64,000 bases of DNA. Source: an uncultured bacterium (GTDB lineage: Bacteria; Krumholzibacteriota; Krumholzibacteriia; JACNKJ01). Shown in pieces: positions 46,459 through 57,824 of this stretch. The position numbers and the translations under genes are program-made. Location: the NCBI GenBank assembly GCA_963695095.1, contig CAVOFT010000001.1, positions 768,001-832,000 of the forward strand. The letters are read 5' to 3'. The notes beneath the pieces were generated by a model, which was not told the DNA's origin, did no database searches, and saw only the letters and a list, made by a program, of their open reading frames with translations. How positions within the stretch are numbered: the stretch's first letter is position 1; each line of letters opens with the position of its first letter.

Positions 46459-48261
46459 GCCGGCACCTCCTCGCTCACGCGCAGGATCGCGGCGTCATTG
46501 CAGGTCTGCGGGCAGAGGCCGCAGCCCGTGCAGCTGTCCAGGTCGATCACGGCGCGGGTGCGCCCCTCCGGGGTGAGACTGCCCGTCAGGCTGATGCTCG
46601 GGCAGCCGGTCTGCAGGCAGCGCAGACAGCCCGTGCAGTCGGCCTCGACGATCTGGTAGGGCGTGTCCCGCAGCTTGCGCGGCATCAGGGCGCAGGGGCT
46701 GTCGGCGATGATGAGGCTGACGCCCTCGAAGGCCTCGGCCTCCTCGAGGGCGGCGTGCGACGTCCTCGAGGTCGTGGTTCATGACCCGCTGCACGTGCTC
46801 GACGCCGAGGGCCCGGGCCAGGGCTTCGAAGTCCACCTCCTTGGCCGGCGCGCCCATCAGGGTGTGGCCCGTGTGCGGGTGCTCCTGGCCGCCGGTCATC
46901 GCCGTGATGCGGTTGTCCAGGATGATCACGGTGATGTTGGCCTCGTTGTAGACGGCGTCCAGCAGGCCCGTCATGCCCGAGTGGAGGAAGGTGCCGTCGC
47001 CGATGGTGGCGAAGATGGGCTTGGCGCCGTCGCTCACCTTGCTGGCGCCGATGGCGTTGCTGATCGAGGCGCCCATGTCCAGGCAGGTGTCCATGGCGTT
47101 CAGCGGCGCCAGCGCGCCCAGCGTGTAGCAGCCGATGTCGCCGTAGACGTCGCCGCGCGCCTTCTTCAGCTCGAAGAAGACGCTGCGATGGGGGCAGCCC
47201 GCGCAGAGGACGGGCGGGCGCGGCAGCACGGCCGCGGCCTCGACGCCGGCAGGCGCGGGCGCGGCGAGCTCGACCCGGGCGAGCCCGGCGCGCAGGCGCC
47301 CGGGCGTCAGCTCGCCGAGCAGGCCGGTGATCGACTTGCCCTCGCAGGCGATCCCGGCGGCCTTGAGCTGCTCCTCGGTGAAGCCGTCCAGTTCCTCCAC
47401 CACGATCAGCCGCTGGACCTGCGCGGCGAAGGCGCGGATCGCCGCCAGGGGCAGCGGATAGCTGAAGCCGAGCTTCAGGAAGCTGGCCCCCGGCAGCACT
47501 TCGCGGGCCTGGGCGTAGGCGGCGCCGGCGGCGACGACGCCCAGGGCGCGGTCGCCCGGTTCGATGCGATTGAGCGCCGTCTCCTCGCTGAAGGCGCGCA
47601 GCCGCTCCAGGCGCTCCTCGACGTAGGCGTGCCGCGGCCGGGCGTGGCCGGGCACCATGACGAACTTCTTGGGGTCCTTCTTGAAACCGCGCACCGGGGG
47701 CTGCTCGATCTCGCCCGCCGTCACGATGCCCTTGCTGTGGCTGATGCGCGTGGTCATGCGCAGGAGCACGGGCACGTCGAAGCGCTCGCTGATCTCCATG
47801 CCGATCTTGACGAAGTCCTTGCAGTCCTGGCTGTCCGCCGGTTCGAGCATGGGGATCTTGGCGAAGCGCGCGTAGTGGCGGTTGTCCTGCTCGTTCTGGC
47901 TGCTGTGCAGCTCGGGGTCGTCGGCGCTGACGACGACGAGCCCGCCGACCACGCCCGTGTAGGCCAGGGTCATCAGCGGGTCGGCGGCCACGTTCAGCCC
48001 GACGTGCTTCTGCGTGCTCAGCGCCCGCGCGCCGCTGAATGAAGCCCCGGCCGCCACCTCGAGGCCCACCTTCTCGTTGGGGGACCACTGCACGTACATC
48101 TCGGGCACCATCTTGGCGATGGTCTCGAGGATCTCCGTGCTGGGCGTGCCGGGGTAGCCCGCGCCGAGGTGCACGCCGGCCTCGCGGCAGCCCAGCGCCA
48201 CGGCCTCGTTGCCGGAAAGCAGGTAGCGGACCTTCTCCTGGAGCTGGGCAGAGGCTTCCAT
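46455..48261 (-). CDS. iorA: Indolepyruvate:ferredoxin oxidoreductase alpha subunit (frameshift near 46760)
   Basis: GYPGTPSTE, KHVGLNVAAD, LCAGCPHR, GDIGCY, GDGTFLHSG; ferredoxin domain CTGCLRC/CTGCGLC in another frame. Confidence 0.93.
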
Positions 48262-48317
48262 CGAGATTCCTCCGGGGCAGGCGGCTAGAAAAGCGGAGCG
48301 GTGGATCCGGTTACCTC

Positions 48318-48346
48318 AAGATAGCCCGGGCCGGCGGCGGCGTCAA
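48318..48346 (-). promoter_or_regulatory. Sigma70-type promoter of iorAB
   Basis: TTGACG-17 nt-TATCTT. Confidence 0.55.
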
Positions 48347-48506
48347 TGGGGCCCTCGTGGGCGGGCGGGGCCTGCCCCCGCTGCCGAAAGCCCTGCCATG
48401 CTGGGGACGACGATTGCCGCCGCTCTGCTGCGGACAGCTCGGGAGCCGTGGCAGTGGTGATGTGTCGCGCTCGCCGGGAAGTCCCCGGCGAGCGCCGGCG
48501 ATAGGC

Positions 48507-48950
48507 CTAGCGAGCGATCGGCTGCGCGCGCAGGTAGGCCACGACGGCCGCGGCGTCCTCCGCATTCATCCGGTACTCGGGCATCGGCGGGCGCAGGCCC
48601 GACTCGAGCGGCGTCATGCCCGTCATCAGCAGCTTCACCGCTTCCTCATCCGTGTAGTTCTCCAGGCCGGCGATGCTGGGCGCCGCCGGCGCCCAGGCGG
48701 GCATCGGCACGCTGGGCGCGAAGGGCAGGAGCGCCCCCATCAACCACCGGGAGCGGTCGAAGGCGCCGGTCTCCAGGCGGGGGCTGTGACAGTCGGCGCA
48801 CATGCCGATGCCCTCGACGAGGTAGCGCCCGCGCTCGATCGTGGCCGGTGTCGCCTTCGGCTGGGCAGCCAGCGCCGGCCTGATGCGCGGCGCCAGGGCT
48901 CCGGCAACGAGGAGCGTGGCCAGCGCCGCGAGGATGGGCAATCTCCGCAT
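48507..48950 (-). CDS. Monoheme cytochrome c
   Basis: AAGGAG RBS; signal peptide; RGRYLV...CADCHSP; LRPPMP axial Met. Confidence 0.9.
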   Translation of the reverse strand: MRRLPILAALATLLVAGALAPRIRPALAAQPKATPATIERGRYLVEGIGMCADCHSPRLETGAFDRSRWLMGALLPFAPSVPMPAWAPAAPSIAGLENYTDEEAVKLLMTGMTPLESGLRPPMPEYRMNAEDAAAVVAYLRAQPIAR

Positions 48951-49235
48951 GATCGGTCTCCTTATCTGGTTGGCAGCGGCGGCGGATCCGTGAACGGACT
49001 TGTGTGAGGGAAGCGCGCCGCACGAGTTCAGCAGGTAATGGCGGGCAGTATAGGTCGCCGCCCTTCGCGCGCAAGTTTGATCTCTCCAGGGCGCGTTGAA
49101 TTCACAACCCTGAATCGAGGGTGGCTCAGACTTGTCTATATTGAGGATACCTACATTTCCAGATATTCGAGTACTCAATATCCTGGTGTGTGCCCGGCTC
49201 GGCGGCGGCGACGCGGACCGCGGGGCGAGGAGGAG

Positions 49236-50177
49236 CTAGCCGAAGAAGGGGTGATGGCGGCGGCTGGCGATCTCCTGCTCGTCGTGCAGGGCGCCCAGGG
49301 CGAGGCTGAGCAGCTTGATCTCGGCGCTGTCGCTGCGCGAGAGCAGCACGATGGGCGCCGCGGCGCCGAGGACGAGGCCGGCCACGCGCGCGCCGGCCAG
49401 CAGGATCAGGCTCTTCACCACGAAGTTGACGGCGCTGATGTTGGGGCCGAGAAAGATGTCGCTGCGCCCGGCCACGCGGCTGGGGATGCCCTTCAACTCG
49501 GCCGCATCGCGGCTGAGGGCGACGTCGATGGCCAGCGGGCCCTCGATGATCAGGTTGCCCAGGGGCCCGCCGCCCGCCCAGCGCATCAGCTCGCTCATGT
49601 CGAGCGTCTCGGGCAGCTTCGGGTTCTCCTTCTCCACGAGCGCCATGCAGGCCACGTGCGGGTGGTTGTTCTCGAGGCAGCGCGCCAGCTCGACGGCATT
49701 GGCCAGGATGTCCTTGCGGGTCGCCAGATCCTGGTGGATGTTGATGCCGCCGTCGGTGTGCAGCATCAGGCGCGGATAGCTGGGCAGCTCGACCACGGCG
49801 ACGTGACTGAGCACGCGCCCCGTGCGCAGGCCGGTCGCCTTGTCGAGCACGGCCCGGAGCAGGGCTTCGGTGGCGACGCCGCCTTTCATCAGCAGGTCCG
49901 CGCGGCCGGCCTTCACCTCGGCCACGGCGCGGGCGCTCAGCGCTCTCTCGTCGCCCGGCTCGTCGATCAGCGTGAGGCCGGCGATGTCGAAGTCCAGGCG
50001 CTCCGCCCGGCGCCGGATCTCGGCCTCGGCCCCGATCAGCAGGGGCTCCACGAAGTCCCGCTCGACCGCCTCCGCCAGCGCCTCGAGCACCGGCTCCGGC
50101 GCCGCGCCGGCCACGGCAACCCGCTTCGAAGGCGCGCCGGCCACCTTGGCCAGGAGCTTGTCGAAATCGCGGATCAT
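49236..50177 (-). CDS. ptb: Phosphate butyryltransferase
   Basis: ADLLMKG, GLRTGRVLSHV, EGPLAIDVA, PIVLLSRSDS; overlaps buk. Confidence 0.92.
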   Translation of the reverse strand: MIRDFDKLLAKVAGAPSKRVAVAGAAPEPVLEALAEAVERDFVEPLLIGAEAEIRRRAERLDFDIAGLTLIDEPGDERALSARAVAEVKAGRADLLMKGGVATEALLRAVLDKATGLRTGRVLSHVAVVELPSYPRLMLHTDGGINIHQDLATRKDILANAVELARCLENNHPHVACMALVEKENPKLPETLDMSELMRWAGGGPLGNLIIEGPLAIDVALSRDAAELKGIPSRVAGRSDIFLGPNISAVNFVVKSLILLAGARVAGLVLGAAAPIVLLSRSDSAEIKLLSLALGALHDEQEIASRRHHPFFG

Positions 50178-51268
50178 CCTTGTCCCCCCAGGGCCGCCTC
50201 GGGTGCGCCGTAAGGGCGAGGAGCCTCCTCGCCGCGCAGCACGCGCAGGGCGCCCAGGGCCAGCGCCTCCATTTCGCGCTCGCCGGGGTAGATGAAGAAT
50301 CTGCCCAGGGCGCCGACGCTCGCCTGCAGGCGCTCCACGAGCAGGGTGCTCTTGCTCATCCCGCCGGTCAGGATGACGCCGTCCAGGCGCAGATCCAGAG
50401 CCGCCGCCACCGCGCCCAGCTCCTTGGCGATCTGATAGGCCATCGCTGCGAAGGCCGCCGCGGCCCGGGCGTCGCCGGCCGCGATGCGGGCCTCGACCTC
50501 GATGAGATCGCCCGTGCCGAGGTAGCCGAAGAGGCCGCTCTCGGCGCGCAGCTTCTGCTCCACCTGGCCCCTGCGAGCATTCGGGGCGAAGGCCAGGTCG
50601 AGCAGGCCGCGCAGGGGAAGCGCCCCGGCGCGGTAGGGCGTGAAGGGCCCCATGCCGAGCAGGGCGTCGTTGACGTCCACGATGCGGCCGCCGCGCAGGG
50701 CGGCCACGCTGATGCCGCCGCCCAGATGCGCGGCCGCGAAGCGGGTCTCGGCCAGCGGCCGGCCCAGTTCCGCTGCGGCCAGGCGGCTGACGGCCTTGAG
50801 GCTGAGGGCGTGGCTGCGGCCGAGGCGCTCGATCTCTGGCACCCCGCTCAGGCGGGCGACGGGGTCCAGTTCGTCCACGGAGACGGGATCGACGACGAAG
50901 GCCGGCAGGCCGCGCTCGGCCGCGAGGGCCTGGGCGATGAGTCCCCCCAGCAGGCTGGCGTGCTCGCCGTGGCGCGCGCCGGCGAGATCGGCGAGCATGG
51001 CCGCATCGACCGGGTAGCTGCCCCCCTCCAGCGGGCGCAGGGGGCCGCCCCGGCCCACGACGGCGGCGAAGTCCGGCTCGCCGGCGCCGGCGAGGAAGGC
51101 CCGCGCCGCGGCCAGTCGCGTGGGCAGCTGATCGGCGACGCGCCGGCTGGCGGCGATCTCGGCGGGATCGTGGGGCAGATCCTCCTGGCGCAGGCAGCCC
51201 GTCTCGCTCCACAGCGCCAGCTTGGTGCTGGTGGAACCCGGATTGACGACCAGCACGGCCAGCGACAC
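50174..51268 (-). CDS. buk: Butyrate kinase
   Basis: NPGSTSTK, VGRGG, DPVSVDE, HLGGGISV, YPGEREMEAL. Confidence 0.95.
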   Translation of the reverse strand: MSLAVLVVNPGSTSTKLALWSETGCLRQEDLPHDPAEIAASRRVADQLPTRLAAARAFLAGAGEPDFAAVVGRGGPLRPLEGGSYPVDAAMLADLAGARHGEHASLLGGLIAQALAAERGLPAFVVDPVSVDELDPVARLSGVPEIERLGRSHALSLKAVSRLAAAELGRPLAETRFAAAHLGGGISVAALRGGRIVDVNDALLGMGPFTPYRAGALPLRGLLDLAFAPNARRGQVEQKLRAESGLFGYLGTGDLIEVEARIAAGDARAAAAFAAMAYQIAKELGAVAAALDLRLDGVILTGGMSKSTLLVERLQASVGALGRFFIYPGEREMEALALGALRVLRGEEAPRPYGAPEAALGGQG

Positions 51269-51361
51269 GGCGACCTCCGCCCCTCGACGAGACCCGTTAC
51301 AATGTACGCCGCCAGCGGGCGGCGTCAATGCGCCGACGAGGGGTTCCGCCCAGGTCCCAGG

Positions 51362-53575
51362 CTAGGGTTTTTCCTCGGGCTCCGCTTCCTTCGGCTCGAA
51401 TTCCAGCTCGGGCGAGTCCAGCAGGTCGCCGATGAACAGGCTCGCGTTGCGTACGAAAAAGACCACGGGCAAGTCGCCGGCCAGGCTCTCCATGCGCTCG
51501 GCGAGCGCCGCTTCCTGGCCCGGCGGGGGACTGGCCAGGCCCAGGAAGACGCCTTCCGCCTCGCCGCTCTCCTGCTGGATCAGCTGGGCCACGGGCACCT
51601 CGCGGGGCTTGATCAGCACCTTGACCTCGACGTCCATGCGGATGTTCGGCAGCAGCTGGGCGAGGCGCCGATCGGTCTGCTGCTTGGCGGTCTCGCTCGA
51701 GGCGATGCTGAGCACCTTCACGCGGGCGCCCTGCCAGTCGCGATTGTGCTGGAGCAGGTAGGCGAGCAGCAGCATGAGGTCGCTGTTGCGCTCCTGGCCG
51801 CCCCACCAGACGTGGATCTCCCGGCGCTCGCGCGAGAACTGATGGCGAGGCCGGATGCGGCCCAGGATCACCGACTTGTGCAGGATCTCCAGCTTGTGCA
51901 CGACCCGCAGGAAGTCGGCGCGCAAGCCGGGGTGGCTCGGCCAGCCCAGGAGGATGGTGTTGGAGGAGAGCCCGGCCATGCCGTTGGCCTGGGCGACGTC
52001 CACGATGCCCTCGACGAGATCCTGCACCACGTCGATCTCGGCGAAGACGGCCAGCTTCTCGGCGTCGAGCACTTCCTGCATGGCCAGGCGCCGCTCGCGC
52101 AGGTCCTCGCTGAGAGCGCCCAGATCGCCGACGAGGAGGTTGCAGACGGTCACCACGCCCCGGCCCTGGCTGAACCAGTTGCCGTAGCGCACCAGGTCCA
52201 ATTCCCTCACCGGCTCGCTCACGAAGATGAGCACGTGGGGCCGCCAGTTGCGGCCGCTCAGCGTCCGCTGCGAGAGCTTGATCAGGGCCCAGCGAATGAG
52301 GTTCTCGTAGAGCCCGCGCCGGGCGTCGCCCCAGCGGGCCTGCTGCGCGCGCCGTGACAGCAGCTGCCAGAGGCCGACCTCCGCCAGCACCGCGGCCGCG
52401 CCGATCGCAGGGCTGATGAGCACCATGCAGGCCAGGCAGCCCAGGCCGCCGGCCAGGTAGACCAGCCAGTGCGCGCGAATGCGCGGCCGCCAGGAGGGAT
52501 CGCCGCTGAGCACCTCGAAGGCCGCCACCAGGTTCACCGTGCCGTAGACGGTCAGGAAGAACATCGAGACGGCCGCTGCCACCGCGTTGAGGTTGCCCAG
52601 CAGCACGGCGGCCAGGGCGATGGCCACGGACACGACGAGCCCGGGCAGGATGTCCGGCAGGCGGCCGGGGGCGCGCAGCAGCAGGCGTGGGGCGATGCCG
52701 TCCCTGGCCAGCGCTTGCAGGGTGCGCGGCGCCGCCAGGATGGAGCCCACCGCCGAGGAGAAGATGGCCGCCCAGAGCCCGGGCAGGATGAGCAGCGGGC
52801 CCAGCGGCGCGATGCGCGCCCAGATCAGGGGATCCTCGCGCAGGGCAGCAGGCGCGGCGCCCAGGGCGAGCAGCACGGGCACGATCATGTAGACGATGAA
52901 GCCTGCTGCCACGGCCGTGAGCGAGCCCAGCGGAATGGCGCGCGCCGGATCCTTGAGGTCGCCGGAGAGCCCCAGCCCGGCCATCACGCCCGTCACCGCC
53001 GGGAAGAAGATGGCGAAGCCGGCCCAGAAGCCGAGCTCGTCGAGAGGCGGGTTGAGAATGATGTCCTGGGCGACTTCCTGACGGAGCACCCCGATGGTCA
53101 GCGCGATCAGGGAGACGCCCACCAGGCCCATCAGCACCACCTGCGAGCGCAGGGCGCGCTCGGCGCCAGCCAGGGCCAGGCCGCTCACGGCCAGGATCAC
53201 GCCGGCGGTCACCGGACCCAGGGGCAGCGTGGGCCAGAGGATGCGCATCGACTCGGCCAGGCCGTAGGCGTAGAGCGTCACCGATAGCACCTGGCTGAGG
53301 TAGAGCGGCACGCCGATGGCGCCGCCCAGCTCCCAGCCCAGGCTGCGCGAGATGATGAAGTAGGCGCCGCCGGCGCCCACGCGCGTGTTGGTCGCCACGG
53401 CCGAGAAGGCCAGGGTGGTCACGACGGTGATGGAGTTGGCGAGCAGCACCACGACGAGCACCCGCAGCAGGCCGAGCTGGCCGACCAGCCAGCCGAAGCG
53501 CAGGTACATGATGACGCCGAGGATGGTCAGGATCGTCGGCGTGAAGACGCCGATGAAGGTGCCGAGCTTCTTCAT
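51362..53575 (-). CDS. Cation-chloride cotransporter (SLC12/APC) family permease
   Basis: GVFTPTILTILGVIMYLRFGW, GGAYFIISRSLG, FFPAVTGVMAG, NWRPHVL. Confidence 0.93.
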   Translation of the reverse strand: MKKLGTFIGVFTPTILTILGVIMYLRFGWLVGQLGLLRVLVVVLLANSITVVTTLAFSAVATNTRVGAGGAYFIISRSLGWELGGAIGVPLYLSQVLSVTLYAYGLAESMRILWPTLPLGPVTAGVILAVSGLALAGAERALRSQVVLMGLVGVSLIALTIGVLRQEVAQDIILNPPLDELGFWAGFAIFFPAVTGVMAGLGLSGDLKDPARAIPLGSLTAVAAGFIVYMIVPVLLALGAAPAALREDPLIWARIAPLGPLLILPGLWAAIFSSAVGSILAAPRTLQALARDGIAPRLLLRAPGRLPDILPGLVVSVAIALAAVLLGNLNAVAAAVSMFFLTVYGTVNLVAAFEVLSGDPSWRPRIRAHWLVYLAGGLGCLACMVLISPAIGAAAVLAEVGLWQLLSRRAQQARWGDARRGLYENLIRWALIKLSQRTLSGRNWRPHVLIFVSEPVRELDLVRYGNWFSQGRGVVTVCNLLVGDLGALSEDLRERRLAMQEVLDAEKLAVFAEIDVVQDLVEGIVDVAQANGMAGLSSNTILLGWPSHPGLRADFLRVVHKLEILHKSVILGRIRPRHQFSRERREIHVWWGGQERNSDLMLLLAYLLQHNRDWQGARVKVLSIASSETAKQQTDRRLAQLLPNIRMDVEVKVLIKPREVPVAQLIQQESGEAEGVFLGLASPPPGQEAALAERMESLAGDLPVVFFVRNASLFIGDLLDSPELEFEPKEAEPEEKP

Positions 53576-54520
53576 GCATCAGCCCCGGGTGCGGCGGCGC
53601 GGGCGCCTGGCTTGCCTTCCAGGCGATTGTCGTAGTAGCGCACGGTGGGGTAGGCGAAGTCGATGTCGGTCTCGGCCGCGAAGCAGGCGAGGATCTCCTC
53701 CCAGAGCGCTTCCTCGGTGGCGCGGCGCCGGCGCGGCTCGGTGATGTAGCGCACGGTCAGCGTGACGCCGACATCCACGACGGAAGTCCAGACGACCGGC
53801 GTCAGGTGCTGGAAGTGGATCATGTAGTCGCGCGCAGCCCGGCGCACCTGTTCCTGGGCCGCCTCCGAGGCGCAGCAGGGCCTGCCGCTGAGCGATCTCG
53901 CCCAGGAGCTGCTTGGCCTTGCGCCAGTCGCTCTCGAAGGTGACCGTGACCGGCAGCTCGTTCCAGATGAAGTCGAATCCCTTCGTGTAGTTGGCCGTGC
54001 TGTGCCGGAAGACCCAGCCGTTGGGCAGGTGGATGATGCGCCCCGTGCTCTGCTCCGCGTGCACCCAGTTGCCGATCTCCATCAGCGAGAACTGGAAGAG
54101 GCGCAGGTCGATGACGTCGCCGCGGTGGCCGCCGATCTCGATGCGATCCCCCACGACGAAGGGCTTGCGGATCGCCAGGAAGATCCAGCCGGCCAGATTG
54201 ACCACCGGATCCTGGAGGGCGATGGCCAGGCCCGCCGACACGATGCCGAGGTAGGCCGCCCAGCCGGTGAGGTTGCCGAACCACGCGATGAGCAGCGCCA
54301 CGGTCAGGCCGAAGCCCAGCAGATACTGGAAGGACTTGGTGAGGATGTAGCGGCGGGAGACGTCGGCGACGCGGCGGTGCAGCAGGTAGCTGATGGCCAG
54401 GCGCAAGCTCAGGTAGAGGACGAGGGCCAGCGCACTGAGTGCCAGCTTGGTCAGCAGTGGCCTGGATACGCCCAGCGTGGCGGCGAACCAGTCGGCGATA
54501 CCCTGGGTGTAGGCGTCCAT
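53572..54520 (-). CDS. mscS: MscS family mechanosensitive channel (frameshift near 53870)
   Basis: [29 protein letters not shown]-terminal IDFAYPT in another frame. Confidence 0.9.
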
Positions 54521-54603
54521 CGCGCTCCTGCCCGCGGCCGCAAGGGGGACCGTCGAGGCAGACTAGACGCTGCCGGGGAGCGATACAAGCAGAAGGAGAC
54601 GGC

Positions 54604-55848
54604 TCAGCCGGGGTGCTTGACGGTGGGCGGCTCGGCGGGGCTGTGGTCGAGGATCGCGTCCGGGGCCGACGCCGCGCCCTCGGCGATGGGACCGGCCAGC
54701 GGCACCCAGAAGCTGAAGGTGGAGCCCTCGCCGTAGACGCTCTCCACCGCGATGCGCCCGCCGTGCAGGTGCAGGTAGTGGCGGGCGATGTCGAGCCCCA
54801 GGCCGACGCCGCCCTCGAGCATGGCCAGCGCCTCGTGCGTCTGGTGGAAGCTCTCGAAGATGGCCTGCTGGTTCTCGGGCTTGATGCCGATGCCGTTGTC
54901 CTTGACGCTCACGCAGAGCTCCGTGCCATCGACACGGGCGCTGACGCGCACGCGGCCGCCGGCCTCGGTGTACTTGACCCCGTTGGTGAGCAGATTCCAG
55001 AGCACCTGCTGGATGCGGAAGGGATCCATGTGGACGCGGGGCAGGGCCGGCAGCGGGTCCAGCTCCAGCCGGACCTGCTTCTTGTCCGCCCGCACCTTCA
55101 CGGTGCCGATGGCCTCGTGGATCACGGTCGCGGGATCCGACCAGCTCAGGTTCAGCCGCGTGTGATCGGTGCCGAAGCGGCTCAGCTCCATGAGGTCCTC
55201 GATGAGCTGCAGCAGCTTGCTGCTCTGATCGTGGACGACATGGCTGAACTCGGTGCGGATATCGAGCGGCAGATTCTCGTCCTCGAGTTGCTCGGAGTAG
55301 GCGATGACGCTGGTGAGCGGGGTCTTCAGCTCGTGGCTGACCTTGGCGAGGAACTCCAGCTTGCGCTTGGTGCTCTCCAGGAGCTTTTCGTTGGAGCGAC
55401 GCAGCTCGTCGACGGCGTGATCGCGCTGGGTCATGTAGTTGGCGGCGATGCCGTCCTTGCCCTTGCCGAGGATCGAGACCAGCCGCGTCAGGTTCTCGGC
55501 CAGCTCCTCGGGCGCGCTCTGGGCCACGATCAGCTCCCAGAGCGTCTCGCTGACCATGTTGAGGGTCAGCAGGCTGTCCTCGATCGGCAGCCCCTGCTCG
55601 GCATTGCGCTCGCTCGCGTAATCGAGGAAAAAGGTGAAGAGGAAGTCGTCCTCGTAGCGCAGCGACTGGACGATGGGGTCGATGTGCCGCCAGGCCAGGG
55701 CGCGCAGGCCGTCGAAGTCGAACTGATCGAAGGCGCAGCGGCCGGAATTCCGGAAACGGCGGGCCACGGCCTCCTGGAGCGCCTCCGCGTTCCCGTCGAT
55801 GATCTGCAACAAGCCCTTGCCGGTGTCCATCCTGCCGTCCATGTTCAC
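54604..55848 (-). CDS. Cytoplasmic sensor histidine kinase
   Basis: H-box [11 protein letters not shown]-box [22 protein letters not shown]; no TM; start uncertain. Confidence 0.93.
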   Translation of the reverse strand: MNMDGRMDTGKGLLQIIDGNAEALQEAVARRFRNSGRCAFDQFDFDGLRALAWRHIDPIVQSLRYEDDFLFTFFLDYASERNAEQGLPIEDSLLTLNMVSETLWELIVAQSAPEELAENLTRLVSILGKGKDGIAANYMTQRDHAVDELRRSNEKLLESTKRKLEFLAKVSHELKTPLTSVIAYSEQLEDENLPLDIRTEFSHVVHDQSSKLLQLIEDLMELSRFGTDHTRLNLSWSDPATVIHEAIGTVKVRADKKQVRLELDPLPALPRVHMDPFRIQQVLWNLLTNGVKYTEAGGRVRVSARVDGTELCVSVKDNGIGIKPENQQAIFESFHQTHEALAMLEGGVGLGLDIARHYLHLHGGRIAVESVYGEGSTFSFWVPLAGPIAEGAASAPDAILDHSPAEPPTVKHPG

Positions 55849-55998
55849 TGCCGGCGCGGGGTCCGTCGCATCCCGCGGCGGTGCGTGCTACCTTCTGCTT
55901 TCCGATGGCGGCCCTGGCGGCGCTTCGCGCCGGGTGCCCAGTCCGGCCGCCGGAGGGGGATTGCATCCCGCGTACCGAAATCCCGAGGGAGCGTGAAG

Positions 55999-56478
55999 AT
56001 GTCCGAGCTGTCACATACCGGACCCGGCGGCGAGGCCCGCATGGTGGACGTCGGCGACAAGGCGGTCACGGCGCGAGGCGCCCGGGCCGAGGCCTGCCTG
56101 CGCCTGGGCGCGGCCGCCTGGCAGGCCCTCGTCGAGAACCGCGCCGCCAAGGGCGACGTGCTCGCCGTGGCCCGCGTGGCCGGCATCCAGGCCGCCAAGC
56201 GCACGGCCGAGCTGATCCCGCTCTGCCATCCCCTCGGCCTGGACACGGTCGGCGTGGACTTCAGCCTGGACGCGGCGGCCGGCGAGCTGCGCATCGAGGG
56301 CCGTGCCGCCTGCCGTGGCCGCACGGGGGTGGAGATGGAGGCGCTCACCGCCGTCAGCGTGGCGGCGCTCACCGTCTACGACATGCTCAAGGCCGTGGAG
56401 AAGGGCATCGTGATCGGGCCCATCCGCCTGCTCGAGAAGTGGGGCGGCGCCAGCGGCGACTGGCGGGCCGAGCCGTGA
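55999..56478 (+). CDS. moaC: Cyclic pyranopterin monophosphate synthase
   Basis: [33 protein letters not shown]. Confidence 0.97.
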   Translation: MSELSHTGPGGEARMVDVGDKAVTARGARAEACLRLGAAAWQALVENRAAKGDVLAVARVAGIQAAKRTAELIPLCHPLGLDTVGVDFSLDAAAGELRIEGRAACRGRTGVEMEALTAVSVAALTVYDMLKAVEKGIVIGPIRLLEKWGGASGDWRAEP

Positions 56479-57731
56479 GGCGGGACATCGCCGTCGCCGA
56501 GGCGAAGGCGCTGATCGCCGCGGCCCTGCCGGCTCCGCGCGTCCAGCGGGTGGCGCTTGCGCGGGCCCGGGGCCGGGTGCTCGCTGCCGATCTGCGCGCC
56601 GCCGAGGACCTGCCGGCCTTCGTGAGCAGCGCCATGGACGGCTACGCCGTGCGCGCGACCGAGGTCGCCGGCGCCAGCGCCGCCGCGCCGGTCCTGCTGC
56701 CCCTGGCCGGCGAGATCGCCGCCGGCCGATGGCGCGACATTCCCTGGCCGGCCGGCAGCGTGCTCCGCATCATGACGGGCGCGCCGGCGCCTGTCGGCTG
56801 CGATGGCGTCGTGCCGGTGGAACTGGCCGAGGAGACGCCGGCCGGCGTCCGCCTGCGGGCCGATCTCGACGCCACCGGCAGCAACCTGCGCGCGGCGGGC
56901 GAGGACCTGCGCGCCGGCGCGCCGCTCCTCGCGGCCGGCAGCCTGCTCGGCCCCGCCGCGCTGGCCCTGCTCGCCGCCCAGGGCGTGTCGCGCCTGCCGG
57001 TCTGGCAGCTGCCGCGGGTGAGCTTCCTGGCCACCGGCGATGAGCTGGTGGCCCCGGGCCAGCGCCCCGCGCCCGGGCAGATCCGCAACAGCAACGGACC
57101 CGCCGCCCTGGCCCTCCTGGCCGAGAGCGGCTTCCCCGCTCGCGACCTGGGCATCGCCCCGGATGCGCCCGGCTCACTGCGCGCGCTGCTGGGAGAGGCT
57201 CTGGCCGGCAGCGACCTGCTCATCACCTCGGGTGGCGTCTCGATGGGCCGCCACGACGCGGTCGCCGCCCTCCTCGTGGAGCTGGGCGCGGAATGGCGCT
57301 TTCACCGCGTGCGCCAGCAGCCGGGCAAGCCGCTGGCCTTTCTCGTCTGGCAGGGGCGGCCGGTCTTCGGCCTGCCGGGCAATCCCGTCTCCACCTTCAT
57401 GACCCTCTGGTACTACGTGCTGCCGGCGCTGCGGCGGATGGCAGGCCACCCCCGGCCCGAGCCGGCCGGCGTGTCGGCCCGGCTGACGGCGCCCCTGCGC
57501 GGCCGTCCCGATCGGCAGCTCTTCGTCCGCGCTCGCCTGGAATGGGGGGAGACAGGCTGGCAGGCCACGCCGCGGCCGCCGCATGGCAGCCATGTGCTGA
57601 GCAGTCTGGCGGCCGCGAACGCCTTCGTCATCGTGCCGGCCGGGACCCGCGAACTCGCCGCGGGCGCCGCGCTGAGGACCGCCTGGCTGGCCCCGCCGCC
57701 CGCTGGGGTCGAGGACGGCGCGCTGGGGTAG
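56475..57731 (+). CDS. moeA: Molybdopterin molybdotransferase
   Basis: SAMDGYA, IMTGAP, TGDEL, SGGVSMG, PGKP, LPGNPVS. Confidence 0.96.
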   Translation: MRRDIAVAEAKALIAAALPAPRVQRVALARARGRVLAADLRAAEDLPAFVSSAMDGYAVRATEVAGASAAAPVLLPLAGEIAAGRWRDIPWPAGSVLRIMTGAPAPVGCDGVVPVELAEETPAGVRLRADLDATGSNLRAAGEDLRAGAPLLAAGSLLGPAALALLAAQGVSRLPVWQLPRVSFLATGDELVAPGQRPAPGQIRNSNGPAALALLAESGFPARDLGIAPDAPGSLRALLGEALAGSDLLITSGGVSMGRHDAVAALLVELGAEWRFHRVRQQPGKPLAFLVWQGRPVFGLPGNPVSTFMTLWYYVLPALRRMAGHPRPEPAGVSARLTAPLRGRPDRQLFVRARLEWGETGWQATPRPPHGSHVLSSLAAANAFVIVPAGTRELAAGAALRTAWLAPPPAGVEDGALG

Positions 57732-57736
57732 GTCCC

Positions 57737-57781
57737 AAAAAAAACCTGCAGGAGCTCAACGAATGCTGAGGCCCCCGCAGG
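57737..57781 (-). terminator. Rho-independent terminator
   Basis: Minus strand CCTGCGGGGGCCTCAGC-ATTC-GTTGAGCTCCTGCAGG followed by T8. Confidence 0.85.
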
Positions 57782-57824
57782 AGGGTGAGAGAAAGCTATA
57801 CGCTACCAGAACCCCCAAACCCTG

